Origin: Octopus vulgaris
Lineage: Eukaryota
Direction of reading: 5' to 3'
DNA length: 64,000 nucleotides
NCBI GenBank assembly: GCA_951406725.2
Contig: OX597823.1
Span: 91,760,001 to 91,824,000 of the forward strand
The translations under genes were made by a program, and so were the position numbers. The notes under the pieces were generated by a model, which was not told where the DNA came from, searched no databases, and saw only the letters and a program-made list of their open reading frames with translations. Position 1 is the first letter of the stretch; the number at the start of each line of letters is the position of its first letter. Shown here one piece after another: positions 42,192 through 57,281 of this stretch.

Positions 42192-42384
42192 GTGTGTCTA
42201 TGTGTGTCCTCCTCCGACGCTTACAAAAAATAAGTCTTGGATCGATTTCTCCGACTAAATCCCTCTAAGTCCCTCCAGTATGGCCGCACTCAAATGACTG
42301 AAAGAAGTAAAAGAATAAAAGAATAGAAAGAATAGAATACATACATACATAATGCACACACACACACACACATATACATACGTG

Positions 42385-42545
42385 AAGGTGAAAAAGACTT
42401 TTACATTTCGAGCCTGCGCTCTTCAACAGAAAGGAACACGAGAAAATAAACAGAGAGAAAAAAAAAGCTTTAGTGGCAAGCGCCGATCAGGGCAATGGCC
42501 GGACTGAGGTGGTCAGACAGGAGAGCTAGGAAGAAGGAGAGATAC
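42385..42545 (-). mobile_element. Penelope-like terminal fragment with variant hammerhead motif
   Basis: Minus strand cttt-CTGTTGA-A-GAGC-gcag-GCTC-GAAATGTA-aaag; same family on + at ~42975-43075 and ~62790-62870. Confidence 0.55.
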
Positions 42546-42551
42546 ATACAT

Positions 42552-42851
42552 GGAGACCCCCTTTGATCATGAAAGACCATGGGATTGCACCTAGAAAGTC
42601 CGACCAAGGTTGTTTATGGAAGTCCAGCAGTCGCCCATGCATACCAGCCTCCCCACTCAAGAGAAAGGCAAAGGGGCCAATACAGCTTGGCACCAGTGAT
42701 GTCGCAAGTAATTTCTACAGCTGAGTTAATTGGAGCAATGTGAAATAAAGTGTCTTGTTCAAGAACACAACATGCAGCCCAGTCCGGGAATCGAACTAAA
42801 AACCTCACGATCGTAAACTCGACACTCTAACCACTGAGCCATGCGCCTTCA
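42552..42851 (-). mobile_element. SINE family E copy
   Basis: Collinear with 36186-36521. Confidence 0.78.
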
Positions 42852-42915
42852 CAACATAATACATACAAACAAGCATACATACATACATACATACATACAT
42901 ACATACATACATACA

Positions 42916-42948
<33 letters not shown>

Positions 42949-44655
42949 GTCTCTGCTGAACCACTGAACTCAACACGTCTGTTTTCATTCTCTCTCTATT
43001 TCCTTTTATTCCTTTCTGTTGAAGAGCATAGACTCGAAACGTAAAATACTTTTCCATTTTCTCCGAGTGTCTTGTTACTATTGCTTAGCCCCAGGGTTGC
43101 TGCTTAGCCAAGTGTCATTGCTGAGTACCCCGTTCGAAAATATATAGTTTTCAATGTGCAATAACCCAGGAACCGGTCCACAGATGTTGCTTTGTGCTGG
43201 ACGGGACTCCCTGTTCAAAAATATAATGACACACACATTGTGTCGCATAGCAAGCTGGAAACGATGTCTCCTGGGGCTAAGAAACAGTAGCAATCGTCCC
43301 TTCCAGGACAGCCACATTATGTTGGCAAATAGTCTTTACTATAAAGAACTGTTACTGAATATCTCTCTTTGAGACAATGAACTACTTCGAGTTCCCGTCT
43401 ACGAAATCCAATCGCAAGGCAATGGCTGACTGAGGGACTTAGTAGATAATACATACACACATTACAACATTTGAAATATAAATCTCTCAATTCTGACGAA
43501 CGAGAAATATGACCCATGTTTTGTCTGTGACTATTTCTTCGTTCCTGTCATATTTTTTAGGCATAGTCTATCTAGGGCTGAATTAGTCAATGTGTTCGTG
43601 TATTAAGACGATCTGCAGGAATTTGAAAAAGTTCTTGTTATCTTTTAATTGTTTATACTTTATCTTTTTTCAGTAATTCGAGTGCAGCCATACTGGAGCA
43701 CCGCCCTGAAGGGTTTCAGTTGGAAAAAAATCGACCAGAGTACTTACTTTGATAGTTTAGTATTTACTCCTTCGGTCTCTTCTACTGAAATGCTAAGTTA
43801 CGTGGATGTAAACAAACCAACACAGATTGTAAAGCAGTGTGGTTGGACAACCCCCCACACATACACACAGGTCGGCTTAGGGTTTTGAAAAAAACATGCT
43901 CAAGTTGCCGTGCAGTAGAATTGAACCTGGAACCATGTTGTTTCGAAGCAGGCTCTTAACCACACAGCTCCCACCCCGCCAAGACAACACATAGATCTGT
44001 GCGTGACTAAGTGGTATTTCTACTGTTTAACACTAGGCAAGCCTGATCAAGCATCCCTATAATGCATGACGCTACAGCCATGACTATTCCGCCTTCTTTT
44101 CCGTCGTCAAGCATCGTCTAAATTATTATTTAGACATTATTTAATATGTAATACCGCCTTATTATTAAAGATTATAAGATGTAATGGGAGAAATATTTAG
44201 CTGGTGTTTTTAGCTGATTAGACGATTACTTAGTGGGCTGCTTCTACGAAGTCCTCGTGGTCGATAAGGTTATAATGTACAGTCTGTGACAACACTTGAA
44301 TGTTTAATAGTAAAATAAGTGGTAGTAGTAGTAGTGGTGGTGGTGGTGGTGGTGGCGGCGTGAGAGATGGCGGGGGTAGGGGGCAGGAAGTAATATTGGA
44401 TCGAAGTGATTGATAGGTAGAAGAATGGGCTGTCTAGACGGTAGTAGTTCAATGTAATTGAAAGCAAATTAAGACTGGTGATGTGAAGATTGATTGATCA
44501 ACTGTAGGAAAACACATTAAGACATTATTATTATTATAGAAAACAGGCGTACAGTCAAACAGGCAGACAGACAGCAATTAAATCTTGTGGATTGATATTA
44601 TATACACATACGTACAAACATAGAAACATACATACATACATTTGTATATATGTGA

Positions 44656-44704
<49 letters not shown>

Positions 44705-44816
44705 CTTGTGTATGTGGCTACATATATAAATATAGGTTGTTTATTTTCAAAACCAATGCCTGAATAACTTCGAGGTTACTGACAGGCGTTTTATTGTAAA
44801 ATACAAATAGAGAAAC

Positions 44817-44914
<98 letters not shown>

Positions 44915-46086
44915 CACTAATAGGTTTATCTGATTCATTATTCCACAAAAGATTTATTTGAATTTCTCTCGAAGTTTCTAGATTCTTTTCAAATGTTTGT
45001 TTTGTCCTATTGTAGACTGCCTGCAATGTCTCCAAGAGATGCGGTTTCAAGTCCCTTGATTAGCTTCGCCTTTTTCTATACAGTGTTTTCCAGCCCAACA
45101 AACGCAATTCTTATCCTTTGATAATGTTAAAAAATAGCTATTTTTCCATCAATTGCATTTTTTTATAGTTTACGCAAGCACGGAGTATTATATCTTGGAA
45201 CTTAAATCTTAAATGCTTTTCTTAATATTTTTCTGTGAAGAAAGGCGGCTGGCTGGCAGAGTGGTTAAGTATGCTTAGCAAAATTCTTTGCAGGACCGAA
45301 ATTGATGCCAGAATTTGAAACCAATATTTATCTGTAAAGGATCGGATCGTGGTCTAGTGGTTATTGTATTGCACTCACGATCACTTGATCATGGGTTCGA
45401 GTCACGGACTAGGCAGCGTGTTGTCTTCTAGAGCAAAACACTTCATTTCATGCTGCTCTAGGCCGTGTGGCGACCTGTATGCCAAAGAATAGACCCAGTG
45501 TTTCGCTTCCATATCATAAAAGGCGACTAAAAGCTGTTGAGGTAAGATTTGCAATCCAACCTCGTAAAAGCCTCACCAGAAACGACTTCTGAAAACAGAC
45601 CCATAAAGGTGGAGGGTTGTCGCCTGAGCGGTGCAAAGGCACCATCCACAAGTATCAGTAGGTGATCATCAACAAATATCGCGTGCAATGACAAATTGTT
45701 AAAGCGCATGCTCCCCATATACCTCCTTCTAACGTAGTATCATTATCTTTTACAACAGTCGAGAACTGACTCCTGTGTTGTCGGTTAACCACCTAGAAAG
45801 AGACACCAAATTTCACTCAGTTGCACCACTACGTCTTAGAGATAAGAATATCTTTTATGTTTCACCCGTTTCAAGCATAAGATTGCGGCCATGCTGGGTC
45901 ACTATCTTGAAGAAATTTTAGGCAAAGAAATCGATCCCAGTACGGAGTTCTATAAAGACTAGTACTTATCCGATCGGTCCGTTTTGCCGAACCGCCAAGT
46001 TACGGGGATGTAAACGCATCAACACCAGTTGCTAGACGAAGAGACACACAGTCACACAGTCACACATACACACAGACACAAGCACA

Positions 46087-46119
<33 letters not shown>

Positions 46120-46361
46120 GCGCGCACGCGCGTATATACGAAGTGCTTCTTCCAGTTTCCGTCTACTAAATCTACTGAGGAGTCTTTGGGCGGTCCGAGG
46201 CTATAGACGACGCTTACCTAAAGTGCCACGCAGTGGGACTGAACAATGCAGCTGGAAATCAAACTTCTCACCATAGAGCCATACCTCGTAGATAGAATAT
46301 CTGATAGATATTCGATAGACCAAATTCCAGAGACAACCATTGAGTAATTCGACACTACAAG

Positions 46362-46670
46362 GAGCACTCCGTCGGTTACGACGACAAGGGTCCCAGCTGA
46401 TACGATCAACGGAACAGCTTGTCCGTGAAATTAACGTGCAGGTGACTAAGCAATCCACAGACACGTGTACCCCTAACGTAGTTCTCAGGGAGATTCAACG
46501 TGACACAGAGTGTGACAAGGCCGGCCCTTTGAAATACAGATACAACTCATTTTTGCCAGCCGAGTGGACTGGAGCAACGTGAAATAAGGACACAACGCGT
46601 CGCCGCGTATTGAGCTCACGACCTTGCAATCGTGAGCCATATGCTCTAACCACTAAGCCACGAGCCTTCA
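46362..46670 (-). mobile_element. SINE family F (E-like head/core, different 3' part)
   Basis: Collinear with 49859-50181; ends gtcgtaaccgacggagtgc on the minus strand. Confidence 0.75.
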
Positions 46671-47080
46671 CCTTCAACACTACAATAGAACGTATACGTC
46701 AAACTGTCACGCTATTGAAACGAAACTAAGAGCAATGAGAGATTCTAAGACAGAATTTCATAACCACGCGTCTAAATTGAATTAACTGCAACGTAAACAT
46801 TCATGTTTTCTAATATAAATTATAAATTCGACGATTGAAATGCAAACGGTTTCGCAAACATGTAATTGGTTTATGTAACTGCTTTATAGTTTCAAAACTT
46901 GTGATTCTTTCCAAATAAAACAAATCCTAAGAGAAATCGTGGGGCAAATTCAACAACCAATACAACCAGCATTTCAATGTCTTCCATTCTAGAAATTTCT
47001 CCTTTGATAATTTCTTTTAATGATTAATTAATTTATTAATTATTACTCGTAAAGCTACGATTGAACGTAGAACATAACTA

Positions 47081-47116
<36 letters not shown>

Positions 47117-47224
47117 GTATATATATATATGTATGTATAGATGTATATATATATACATACATACATACATATACATATGTATACACACACATATTCATAC
47201 ATATTTGTATGCATGTGTGTGTGT

Positions 47225-47278
<54 letters not shown>

Positions 47279-47343
47279 ATTTGGCAAAATGAATAAGAAT
47301 GGCTTTTCTGATAATTTTTCCACTTTGATAATCGAATGTTTAT

Positions 47344-47900
47344 AAGGCGGTGAGCTGGCAGAAACGTTAGCATGCCGGAAGAAATGCGTAGCCGTATTTC
47401 GTCTGCCGCTACGTTCTGAGTTCAAATTCCACAGAGGTCGACTTTGCCCTTCATCCTTTCGGGGTCGATTAAATAAGTACCAGTTATACACTGGAGTCGA
47501 TATAATCGATTTAATCCGTCTGTCTGTCCTTGTTTGTCCTCTCTGTGTTTAGCCCCTTGTGGGTAGTAAAGAAATAGGTATTTCGTCTGCTGTTACGTTC
47601 TCAGCTCAAATTCTGCCAAGGTCGACTTTGCCTTTCATCCTTTTGGGGTCGATTAAATAAGTACCAGTTACGCACTGGGTCGATATAATCGACTTTATCC
47701 GTTTGTCTCTCCTTGTTTGTCCCCACTGTCCTTGTTTGTCCCCTTGTGGGCAGTAAAAAGTAAGAAACGTTAGCACGCCGGACGGAATGTTTTAGCAGTA
47801 TTCGCCTTTCTTTACATTTCCGTCAGGGCAATTTCTGTCGAGGTCGACTTTGATGTAATCGACTTATCCTTTCCCACCCAAATTGCTGGCATAGTGCCAA
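47344..47900 (+). mobile_element. SINE family B trimer
   Basis: Three units using both junction types (gtatttcg, then aaacgttagc). Confidence 0.82.
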
Positions 47901-47928
47901 TAATTGGATGCATATAAATCACACACAT

Positions 47929-48242
47929 GGACGCGCAATGGCCCAGTAGTTAGGGCAGCAAACTCGCTGTCGGAGGATCGTGGTTCCGATTCCCAGACCG
48001 GGCGTTGTGTTTGTTTATTGAGCGAAAGCACCTAAAGCTCCACGAGGCTCCGGTAGGGGGTGGTAGCGACCCCTTTTGTACTCTTTCACCCCAACTTTCT
48101 CTCACTCTTTCTTCCTGTTTCTTGAGTAACGCTGCGATGGACTGACGTCCCGTCCAGGTGGGAGGGGGGGCATATACGCCACAGAAACCGGGAAACCGGG
48201 CCCATGAGACTGGCTAGGCTTGAAAAGGGCGCATGACTGATA
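47929..48242 (+). mobile_element. tRNA-headed SINE family G (single copy here)
   Basis: TGGCCCAGTAGTTAGG A-box, GGTTCCGATTCCC B-box-like, ttgagcgaaagcac core, GC-rich body, ends in (CA)n. Confidence 0.6.
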
Positions 48243-48255
48243 AACGATATATAAA

Positions 48256-48312
<57 letters not shown>

Positions 48313-49014
48313 CGTGCATGCACGCATACAAATCTATTATGAAAATCTAAGCAGTGGTTACGGAAACAAACTTTGTAGGTTCGCATCTACAATGTATGCT
48401 TTTATATCTGGTTTTTGAGTTTGCCATCATCATCATCATCATCGTCATCAGCCTAAATGTACATGGGCGTCTCCTCCCATCTATATTACTGTCTCGAGTT
48501 TCTCTTTCTCTCTCTAGTTACAAGCGTGCTCAAGTCTAACCTAAGGAGCAGTGTTCGAAAACAAAAAACCGACGTGGAAATTGAAGTCCCCAAAATCTTA
48601 TGGAGCTTCATTGTGAAACTTTTGAAACGGATGTAAAGCCTCGAAGATGAATAATCTTGTTATTGGCTTTTATATCGACAGAGATCTGCAAAGGCACAAA
48701 GGGTTCAATAACCGAATGATTGGTTACCAATATATATGGGAAATAGGAACCGACATAGCGCGTGTGCTACTCAGAGTAACCCTTGAATTTGTCCCCCACA
48801 CCACCGAGGGCTTATAGCAAAAGCGACGTCGGCATAAAAGTGTCGCCCGATGCGGATCACTACCTCGCCCCTTTGCCTTGCCTGCACTTCGCCTTCGTCT
48901 GGACGTAGGGATGAGCCCTTTAATATAACGAATCATCGACAAACGCTCTACGACAGTCGTGGGGAACCTGTGCCTCGCAGGACTCTCTGAATGGTACACC
49001 TAATGAAAAAATTA

Positions 49015-49181
49015 CCTTAATGATAATGGTGCGCTCCGCCTGATGACGAGCCATACCTCATGTGGTCCACCTAATGTAGAGCCATGTATCATGCGGCCCG
49101 CCTGATGACATGCGCTCTGCCTAATGACGAGTCATGTTTTATTCGGCATGCATGGTGTTGAGTCATGTTGCATACGGCCCG
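49015..49181. repeat. Degenerate ~31-bp minisatellite
   Basis: Units start at 49039, 49070, 49101 (short), 49120, 49151; consensus approx. cctRatgacgagYcatg..tcatgcggcccg. Confidence 0.6.
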
Positions 49182-49858
49182 ATTCTCAGAAAATGTTCGT
49201 ACATGCTTGCTCTACGTAGTAGCTTTATTTGCAAGAAACAGCAGTCAAATCTTCCTCAACCCAAACACTATTGTGTTTTAAAGTACAATAAACATCGATA
49301 AAGTTGTTCTCGATCAAAGAAATGCAGCATCCTTGATCAGAAATGCGCATTGTCATGATTTATCTGGAACTAAACAGAAACAGCAGCAAAAACTATGACA
49401 AAATTCTTGCTTGGAATTTTTCACTACAACAAAGGCAGCAGAGTCACATAAAAAAAACAATAATCGGATAAACAACCGCTAATTAATAAAGGGTAATTAA
49501 ATAATTAAGGAGATCAAAGTATGCAACATGGAAACAAAAAAAGAGGTGTTGATATAAAATACAACACAGGCAACATGCGAAAGAAACGAACTCCACGCAA
49601 AAGTTTATTACAGGAAGAAAATATATCGCGGTTATAAATCTGGGAAACACATTATCATAAAACTGATTTTACAAAAACATAGAATGCATTATAACCAATC
49701 AAAAACAAGCACTAATAGTAACTACAAAGAAATGGAAATTTATTTTTTTAGCTCCACATCAACAAGAATTTTTTTGAAAAGTGACAGAAATAAAATCATT
49801 AGAGTAAGTTTATTATGCTGTTATTTAAAATTCAAAAGTAGATATAAAAAAAAAAATT

Positions 49859-50181
49859 GGCACTCCGTCGGTTACGACGATGAGGGTTCCAGTTAATCCT
49901 ATCAACAGAACAGCCTGCTTATGGAATTAACGTGTAAGTGGCTGAGCACTCCACAGACATGCGTAGCCTTAACGTGTTTCTCAAGAAGATTCAGTGTGAC
50001 ACAGAATGTGAAAATACTGGACATTTGAGATACATTTAATGCTTATTTTTGCTTACTGAATGAACTGGAGCAACGTGAAGTAAAGTGTCTCGCTCAAGAG
50101 TACAGTGCACCACCGGTAATCGAACTCACAACCTGACGATCGTGAGTCGAATAGCCTAACCATTTAGCCATGCACTTTCAC
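49859..50181 (-). mobile_element. SINE family F copy
   Basis: Collinear with 46362-46670. Confidence 0.75.
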
Positions 50182-50409
50182 TCGAAAGCAAATATGAAAA
50201 TTGTGGATCTCATATATTCAACGAAGGCGGCGAGTTGGCAGAATCGTTAGCGACCCGGGCATTGGTCGGACCGGGGTTGTAGTAGAAGACGCTCAGTCGG
50301 ATTGAACGCGAAATCACGAAGTCGCACACCGATCATCTAAACCACACAGCCATGCCTTCATGAAGAAAAAATAAGATGGTTATTAAAGAACGCTTAAATT
50401 CGGGAATAC

Positions 50410-50523
<114 letters not shown>

Positions 50524-50706
50524 GCACACACACACACATATATATAAATTCATATGTATTTATATATTTACTTTGTCATTATATTCACTGCGGTGGTATT
50601 TTGACCATATCGCACGAGGAGTTTAGACGGGCAATTTAAACTCATCGTGTGCATACGTGCATATATATGTGTGTATACACGTGCGTATATATAAGTATTC
50701 GTATGT

Positions 50707-50743
<37 letters not shown>

Positions 50744-51642
50744 ATTTATCTACTATTTGAGTATATTCCACTGATGAAGGTAAAGCATTTCTTATACAAA
50801 GTCAGAAATCCGGGAATTATCCAATAATTGTTTTGCTAGTTTATTTTGTCTCTTTGTCTTCTCTCCTGGTGCTGTATGGACATTTAATGTGGTTTTAGAG
50901 TCAAGTTTTGGCTGCTATATCTAGCATGGTGGTATATTTTAGTTACCCTTAATTATAAATATATATACATACAAGAATGCATTATTTTTTCCGACTGTTT
51001 GTAGCAGACTTTCATTGTTTTCAGAAGCAAAAGACCGGTTTTTGAATCCTGAATGGTTTTATATTTTAAGTGGTTATTTTCGCCCAGTGAGGCCGACTAC
51101 CATTATTGTGGGAAATTCTGGGCGCTAAAATCAGCTCCACACGGTTGGTTATCTTCTACATATCACGTGTTTCAATTTCTGACCAATCACCGAGCAGCTA
51201 CATTTCGCGTACAAACGCCCCTAAACGCCGATCTTAATCAATAAAGAGAGATGAAGTGATTTCGTTTGCAGAGTTGTTTAGACGTTTGGACGAATCCCTA
51301 TAGGTCACAGAGGTACCCTCTCTAATTCTTGGTCTGCTGGATACATGCATACAAACTCAACCACACACATACACACACATATAAACATATATATGCTTGT
51401 GAAATGATATACAAACGCACAACTATACCTACGAATATTCGTGCACATATACATGATGACATTCACGCATATATACACAGAAAGAGACTGCTTTAGAATA
51501 TAGCTTGCAATTTAGCACAACCACATACGTTTCAACAAACATACGAAGTGTGTCACTTGCATTGAAGAGCAAACATGGTTTCACAGATGCCGTTGTGCTG
51601 TCTTTTCCATTAAAGCCAAAATTAACAAAATATGATATACAT

Positions 51643-52030
51643 ACAGGAGTGGCTGTATGATAAGTAGCTTGCCTACCAACCACATGGTTCCAGGTTCAGT
51701 CCCACTGTGTAGCACCTTGGGTAAGTGTCTTCTACTATAGCCTCGGGCCGGCCAAGGACGTGTGAGTGGATTTGGTAGGCGGAAACTGAAAAAAGCCCAT
51801 CGTATATATATAAGTTTGTGTGCCTATGTTTGTTCCCCCAATATCGCTTGACAACCGATGCCGGTGTGCTTACGTCCCCATCAGTTAGCAGTTCGGCAAA
51901 AGACACCGATAGAATAAGTACTAGGCTTACAACGAATAAGTTCTTGGGTCGATTTACTCGAGTAAAGGCGGTACTCCAGTATGGCCGCAGTCAAATGACT
52001 TAAACAAATAAAAGAATAAAAGAATTAAGA
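51643..52030 (+). mobile_element. SINE family A, full-length copy
   Basis: Collinear with 1649-2053. Confidence 0.85.
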
Positions 52031-52466
52031 ATACAGAATATTATATATACGCATGTGTGAAAAACCGTAGGATGATATATATGTGTGTGTGTTTGTGTGT
52101 GTAAGTATGTGTTGTGTGTACTGTATATGGTGAAATATGTATGATGAAATGAATGCGATGTGTATGATATGCATATGTCACAATGAGCCATAAGTGGGTG
52201 TCATATATATTTATAAATAATATTTATTCCAATTGATATTTGTAATGCAAAAACATAAATATATATCTCCATATATGTATGTGACTTTTTTTCAATTATA
52301 ATGATTGCTTACATTTATGGACAGATTACATATATATTATATATATTATAGGATGGTGGATCACTATACTATGACTGTGGTTGCACTAACAGAAAAACAT
52401 TAATATATATATATATATACAGAATTTTCCATGCTGACGATAAACATAGGATAATTCATTCACCTA

Positions 52467-52510
<44 letters not shown>

Positions 52511-52595
52511 CACAAATTTATGTATATTGACAATATATATATATTCAAATGTGTATACAATTACATATGTATGGAAGTATGTATATTACCAGATA

Positions 52596-52635
<40 letters not shown>

Positions 52636-53482
52636 TACCTGTATACATACCCGGATATATTAACTTATTGCATAAGCGTACTTACACCCTATTACATGTG
52701 AATATTAGATAAAAATTAGAAAAAGGATATTATGAAGCGAAAATTACTCACACACGCACACACACACACAGACACACACGTTATGGTGACATTAAAGAGT
52801 GCAGTTTTCAACAGATTGATGAAAAAAAATTGCTACAGTACGATATAAATAAAGATAAAGGGTTTGAAAAGCATTTGACATCTAAATTAATAGAAAAATA
52901 AATAAATTTATAAATAGTACAAAAGACGCCATATTGTCAGGCAATAAAGCAATAATACAATCCCTTCACCTATCACAACTGTGCTTAATCATTACATTGA
53001 AATCCTCGATTATCGGAATAGTATCAAACTATAAATCGATGAATGGTGTTCTGAAATAAATTACTTGAACTATCGATAAAAGATGCAAGAACATTCTTTA
53101 GATCAGTCGATTGTTTACGTAGATGAGACTGTGAATAATGGAGACACTTTGTAAAGCACTTTAAGCGTGTGTATTACTGAGGGTTGTTTAGTTGTACCTC
53201 AGATCTGATTGAGTAAAGCTTTGGTCAAATGCGTCCCAGCTGTAAAGTGTTAATTTAGAGATGTTTAGCTTCTATTTCAAGTCGGTCAATCGCTGAACTA
53301 GTATTTCATTTGAAAACTGTAACATCTTATATAGATGACGTGTACTAGAGGACTAAACGAAGAGTCCCTTGTCAACAGACTATATTATAGGATGGTGGAT
53401 CACTATACTATGACTGCGGTTGCACTAACAGAAAAACATTCATATTTTTTCAATGTTATTGAATTAGATCCTGCAGTATATA

Positions 53483-53534
<52 letters not shown>

Positions 53535-53710
53535 AAAAGACAAGTCAAGATAGAAAATGCTAAAATAATTTTATAAAGAACATTTCAGTACCGGTTTCGG
53601 TCATTTTGAGACCTTTTCAACTGTAACGATTAAATAATTAACTTTAGAAAAATTAAAAGAAAAGTTTTTTTAAAGGAATATTTGTATAGTGTTCAAATAT
53701 AAGTGGCATT
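53535..53710 (-). mobile_element. Penelope-like terminal fragment with decayed hammerhead motif
   Basis: Minus strand cag-TTGAAAA-GGTC..GACC-GAAACCGGTA-ctg at 53586-53623. Confidence 0.4.
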
Positions 53711-56054
53711 TTCCTTGTTTCTGATTTTCTCTGTCTCTCTTGTTTGCACTTGTGTGTTCGAGGTCAGGTCGTTGTGAATTCTTATACATATATTTCTCTG
53801 GTTTACCGTCAGATTATTAGTGTTCGAGGCATTTTCTATGATGTGATTTTTCATTATAACAAACATATTTATCGTTTTGTTTTTACTTGTTTCAATCATC
53901 AGACTGCGACCATCTTGGGGTTCCGCCTCGAAGAATTTTTGTCGAAAGAATTTTAGTTTTTTAAAGCCTACTTATTGTATCGGTTATTTTGCCGAACTAT
54001 TAAGTTACGGGGATGTAAACATAAGTGTGTGTCTGTGTGTGTGCGGGTTCATGTACGTGCTCAAAGGTTTTTTTTTTCAGTTTCCGTCTAGCAAATCCAC
54101 TCAAGAGGATTTGGTCGGCCCGTGGGTATCTTAGACGACACTTGCACAAGGCAGAACTGAACCCGGAACCATGTGGTTGGGAAGCAAATTTCTCACTATT
54201 CAGCCATTCACTGTGGATAAATTTTGGTTTTTGTTTGCTTATATATTATTTTTCCGTTAGAAACATCAAAGAGAAATATTGAAACAATAATTTTAAAGAA
54301 TATATGAGATGTGGGGCATGAGAAAAATTAAAGACGATACGATTAAGAAGAGGATCAAGAAGAAGACGAAGGGAACGATGAAAAGAAGGGCAAGGAAACG
54401 AACAAGAAAGTAAAAAACAATAGCACACTGGTATCGTAGTTATTTGTACGCGCATGCGTAGTGATCAATCGCTAAAAGACCAAAACACCCCAATGGTTTT
54501 GAAGAAATATTTTCAATTTTTTCCACAACATCTTTTAGCTTGTTTCACAATGTACCCCTTGACAACAAAAAGATTTACAATGTGAATCATGAGGAAACCA
54601 GTGATTTGGTGTTACCAACACTGTCGATTATGTGAGTTAATAAACTCTTACCACCGCTGGAAAGTCGTGATTTATGGGTTTTGAATATGTTGTCGGTCAG
54701 TGAATAAACTGCATTTAACGCTAAACAGCACTTGGGAGCAATCAACGTCGATTGAAACAAATGAGACCAGGCTCTAACAGGATTCGTGCATCCACTAATC
54801 ATGCTTGACAGACTTAGCAAGAACAAACGGTAAGTTAAAAATAAAAATAAAAGCTCTAACCAACTACGATTTATTAACGGGTTACGTAAAATGCGAGGCA
54901 GCTGCCGACAGAAGATACTTGATAGCAAATAGCGTCACAAATAGAAAATAAATACATGTAGTCTTAAGAAAAAAAAAAACATTTCCAAGGAAAAGTTATA
55001 ATGGAGTTAATCATAAGATTTTCAAAAAATCCATTGGTTCTCCGTATCATAGAATATAATGTCATTTTGGCGAATATGATGAAGATCCCCCACCTTGGGT
55101 ATTTTGGTTGGAAGTATTTTAGTGAAGAATCTAGTCGTAATATTAACGAGGTATGATGAATTCGTTACCTGGATCATCCGCTTCTATTTATATTTATATT
55201 CGCTGATGTGTAAAGCCATGTAACAAAATGCTCGTGTAATGTCCTCGAAATAACGTTAGCTTGAATAAAAAGAAGTGTATGCAAGCAATTAATACGTCGT
55301 TGAAATTTGGTCAAACATTCTTGAAATTCTTGGTCAGAATCCGCTGGAGAGAAACACAAACTCAACGATGGCATGTATGTATAAAGAGTGTATATACATA
55401 TCAATATAAAGAGATTGGTATTTTATAAATAATATGTTAGCAGCTGGCTTTCGTTTTATAACATGCTATCTGATTTAATATCGTATTTCATGGATAATCT
55501 TCTCTCTTTGCTGCGATATAGATAATTAAAACCAACATCACTAAAACAGATATGAAATATTATCTACATTACCACTTCGAGAATGCTTACACAAACGCAC
55601 AAACACACAAACACTCTCACACACGGCCTCATATGCATCTAGTTACTTAATCTTACAATTCCCAACGCTTAGCTATACAACGATTCTAATCTCACTCTAA
55701 TCGTTTAGAAACCTGGTTCCGAAAAATGGTAAATGTAATACTTACTAAATGCACCTGCCATCTTTTACATGTACAAAATATAAAAGAAAAAACAAATTAT
55801 AAAAATAAATACAAGCGAACGTCGTATTTAACAATATAAACATACCACACAGGCAGACAGACGGACGCATATACAGACACATGCAGACACACAGAGGCAC
55901 ACATACACACCCATACACATGCATGACGAAATTACCTTGTATTTCCTGCATCTCTACAGTAATCACAGCTTGAGTCGAATACCAAAGAAAATGAGAAAAC
56001 CTAAGCGTAACTAATAAGAACTTGTGGAAGATATGCCTAGAAAAACATGCATTT

Positions 56055-56166
<112 letters not shown>

Positions 56167-56367
56167 ACACACAAATATATATATGTGTATATAGACATAT
56201 ACATACATACATATATATGTATATATCTATGTAAATATATATACGCATATATGTGTGTGTATAAATACATACATATATATATATATAAACACACACAAAC
56301 ATATATATATTTATATATACATATATATATATGTATATGTATATATATATATGTATATATATGTATA

Positions 56368-56407
<40 letters not shown>

Positions 56408-56454
56408 CATACGCACACAAACACACATGGACACACACAGACATATAAACACAT

Positions 56455-56981
56455 ATAAAGACAGGAGATGGAATTCACGAACCTGTTTATTCAGAACGAC
56501 TACGACCATTTCGACTCATCATGCACACACACCTTACAGGTGAGAAGCTGTACAATCAGTTACCACACCCCCTAGGTGCAGATGCGTCTCCCCAGTTGAC
56601 TTCTCTAAAAATACGTCGGATTGTGCTTGCCGTTTCTCTTATTTCTTTAACAATACATTTTGGTTAGTGTAGCACACTTGCCATCTGTATCATTCACTGA
56701 GATATCATGAACTGAAATATGATATATATTATATCTCAGTGAATTATGTAGATGGAGTGTATGCTACATTATCCAACATGTATTGTGACGGAAATAACCG
56801 AAATGGCAAGGAAAAACCGACGGACTTTTAGTTAAGTCACCTGAGGAGATGCATCTGCACCTTGGATGCATGATAATTATTTGTACAGTATTTCACCTGT
56901 AAGGTATGGGTGTATGATGGCTCGAAACGGTCGTAGTGGTCCTGAATATAATCTTGTGAATCCCATTGTTTGTCTCTTATA
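56455..56981. repeat. ~250-bp diverged inverted repeat, Penelope-like inverted ends
   Basis: 56455-56705 pairs with 56732-56981; right arm has CTGAGGA-G..CTC-GAAACGGTC. Confidence 0.75.
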
Positions 56982-57281
56982 TTTTTAATATAAACTGTAC
57001 GGACACAAAAGGAATTCTAAAGTACATTCCGTGGCGTATACAACTATACTGTCGTTGAAATCCGGACACCAGGTAGCCGATAAATATGGACGGGCTTTAA
57101 ACCCGAATATAAAATTATTGATATACATACATATATATATATATATATTTAAGTTAAATAGAGGTTATATTGAACTCATAAAAGGATGATTACATTCAAG
57201 AAAACGTTGGTTCTATGCCAAATTACCAAATATATTTTTGGGAAATAAAATATCCCTAAATCAGTAGGTATATATCATTCA

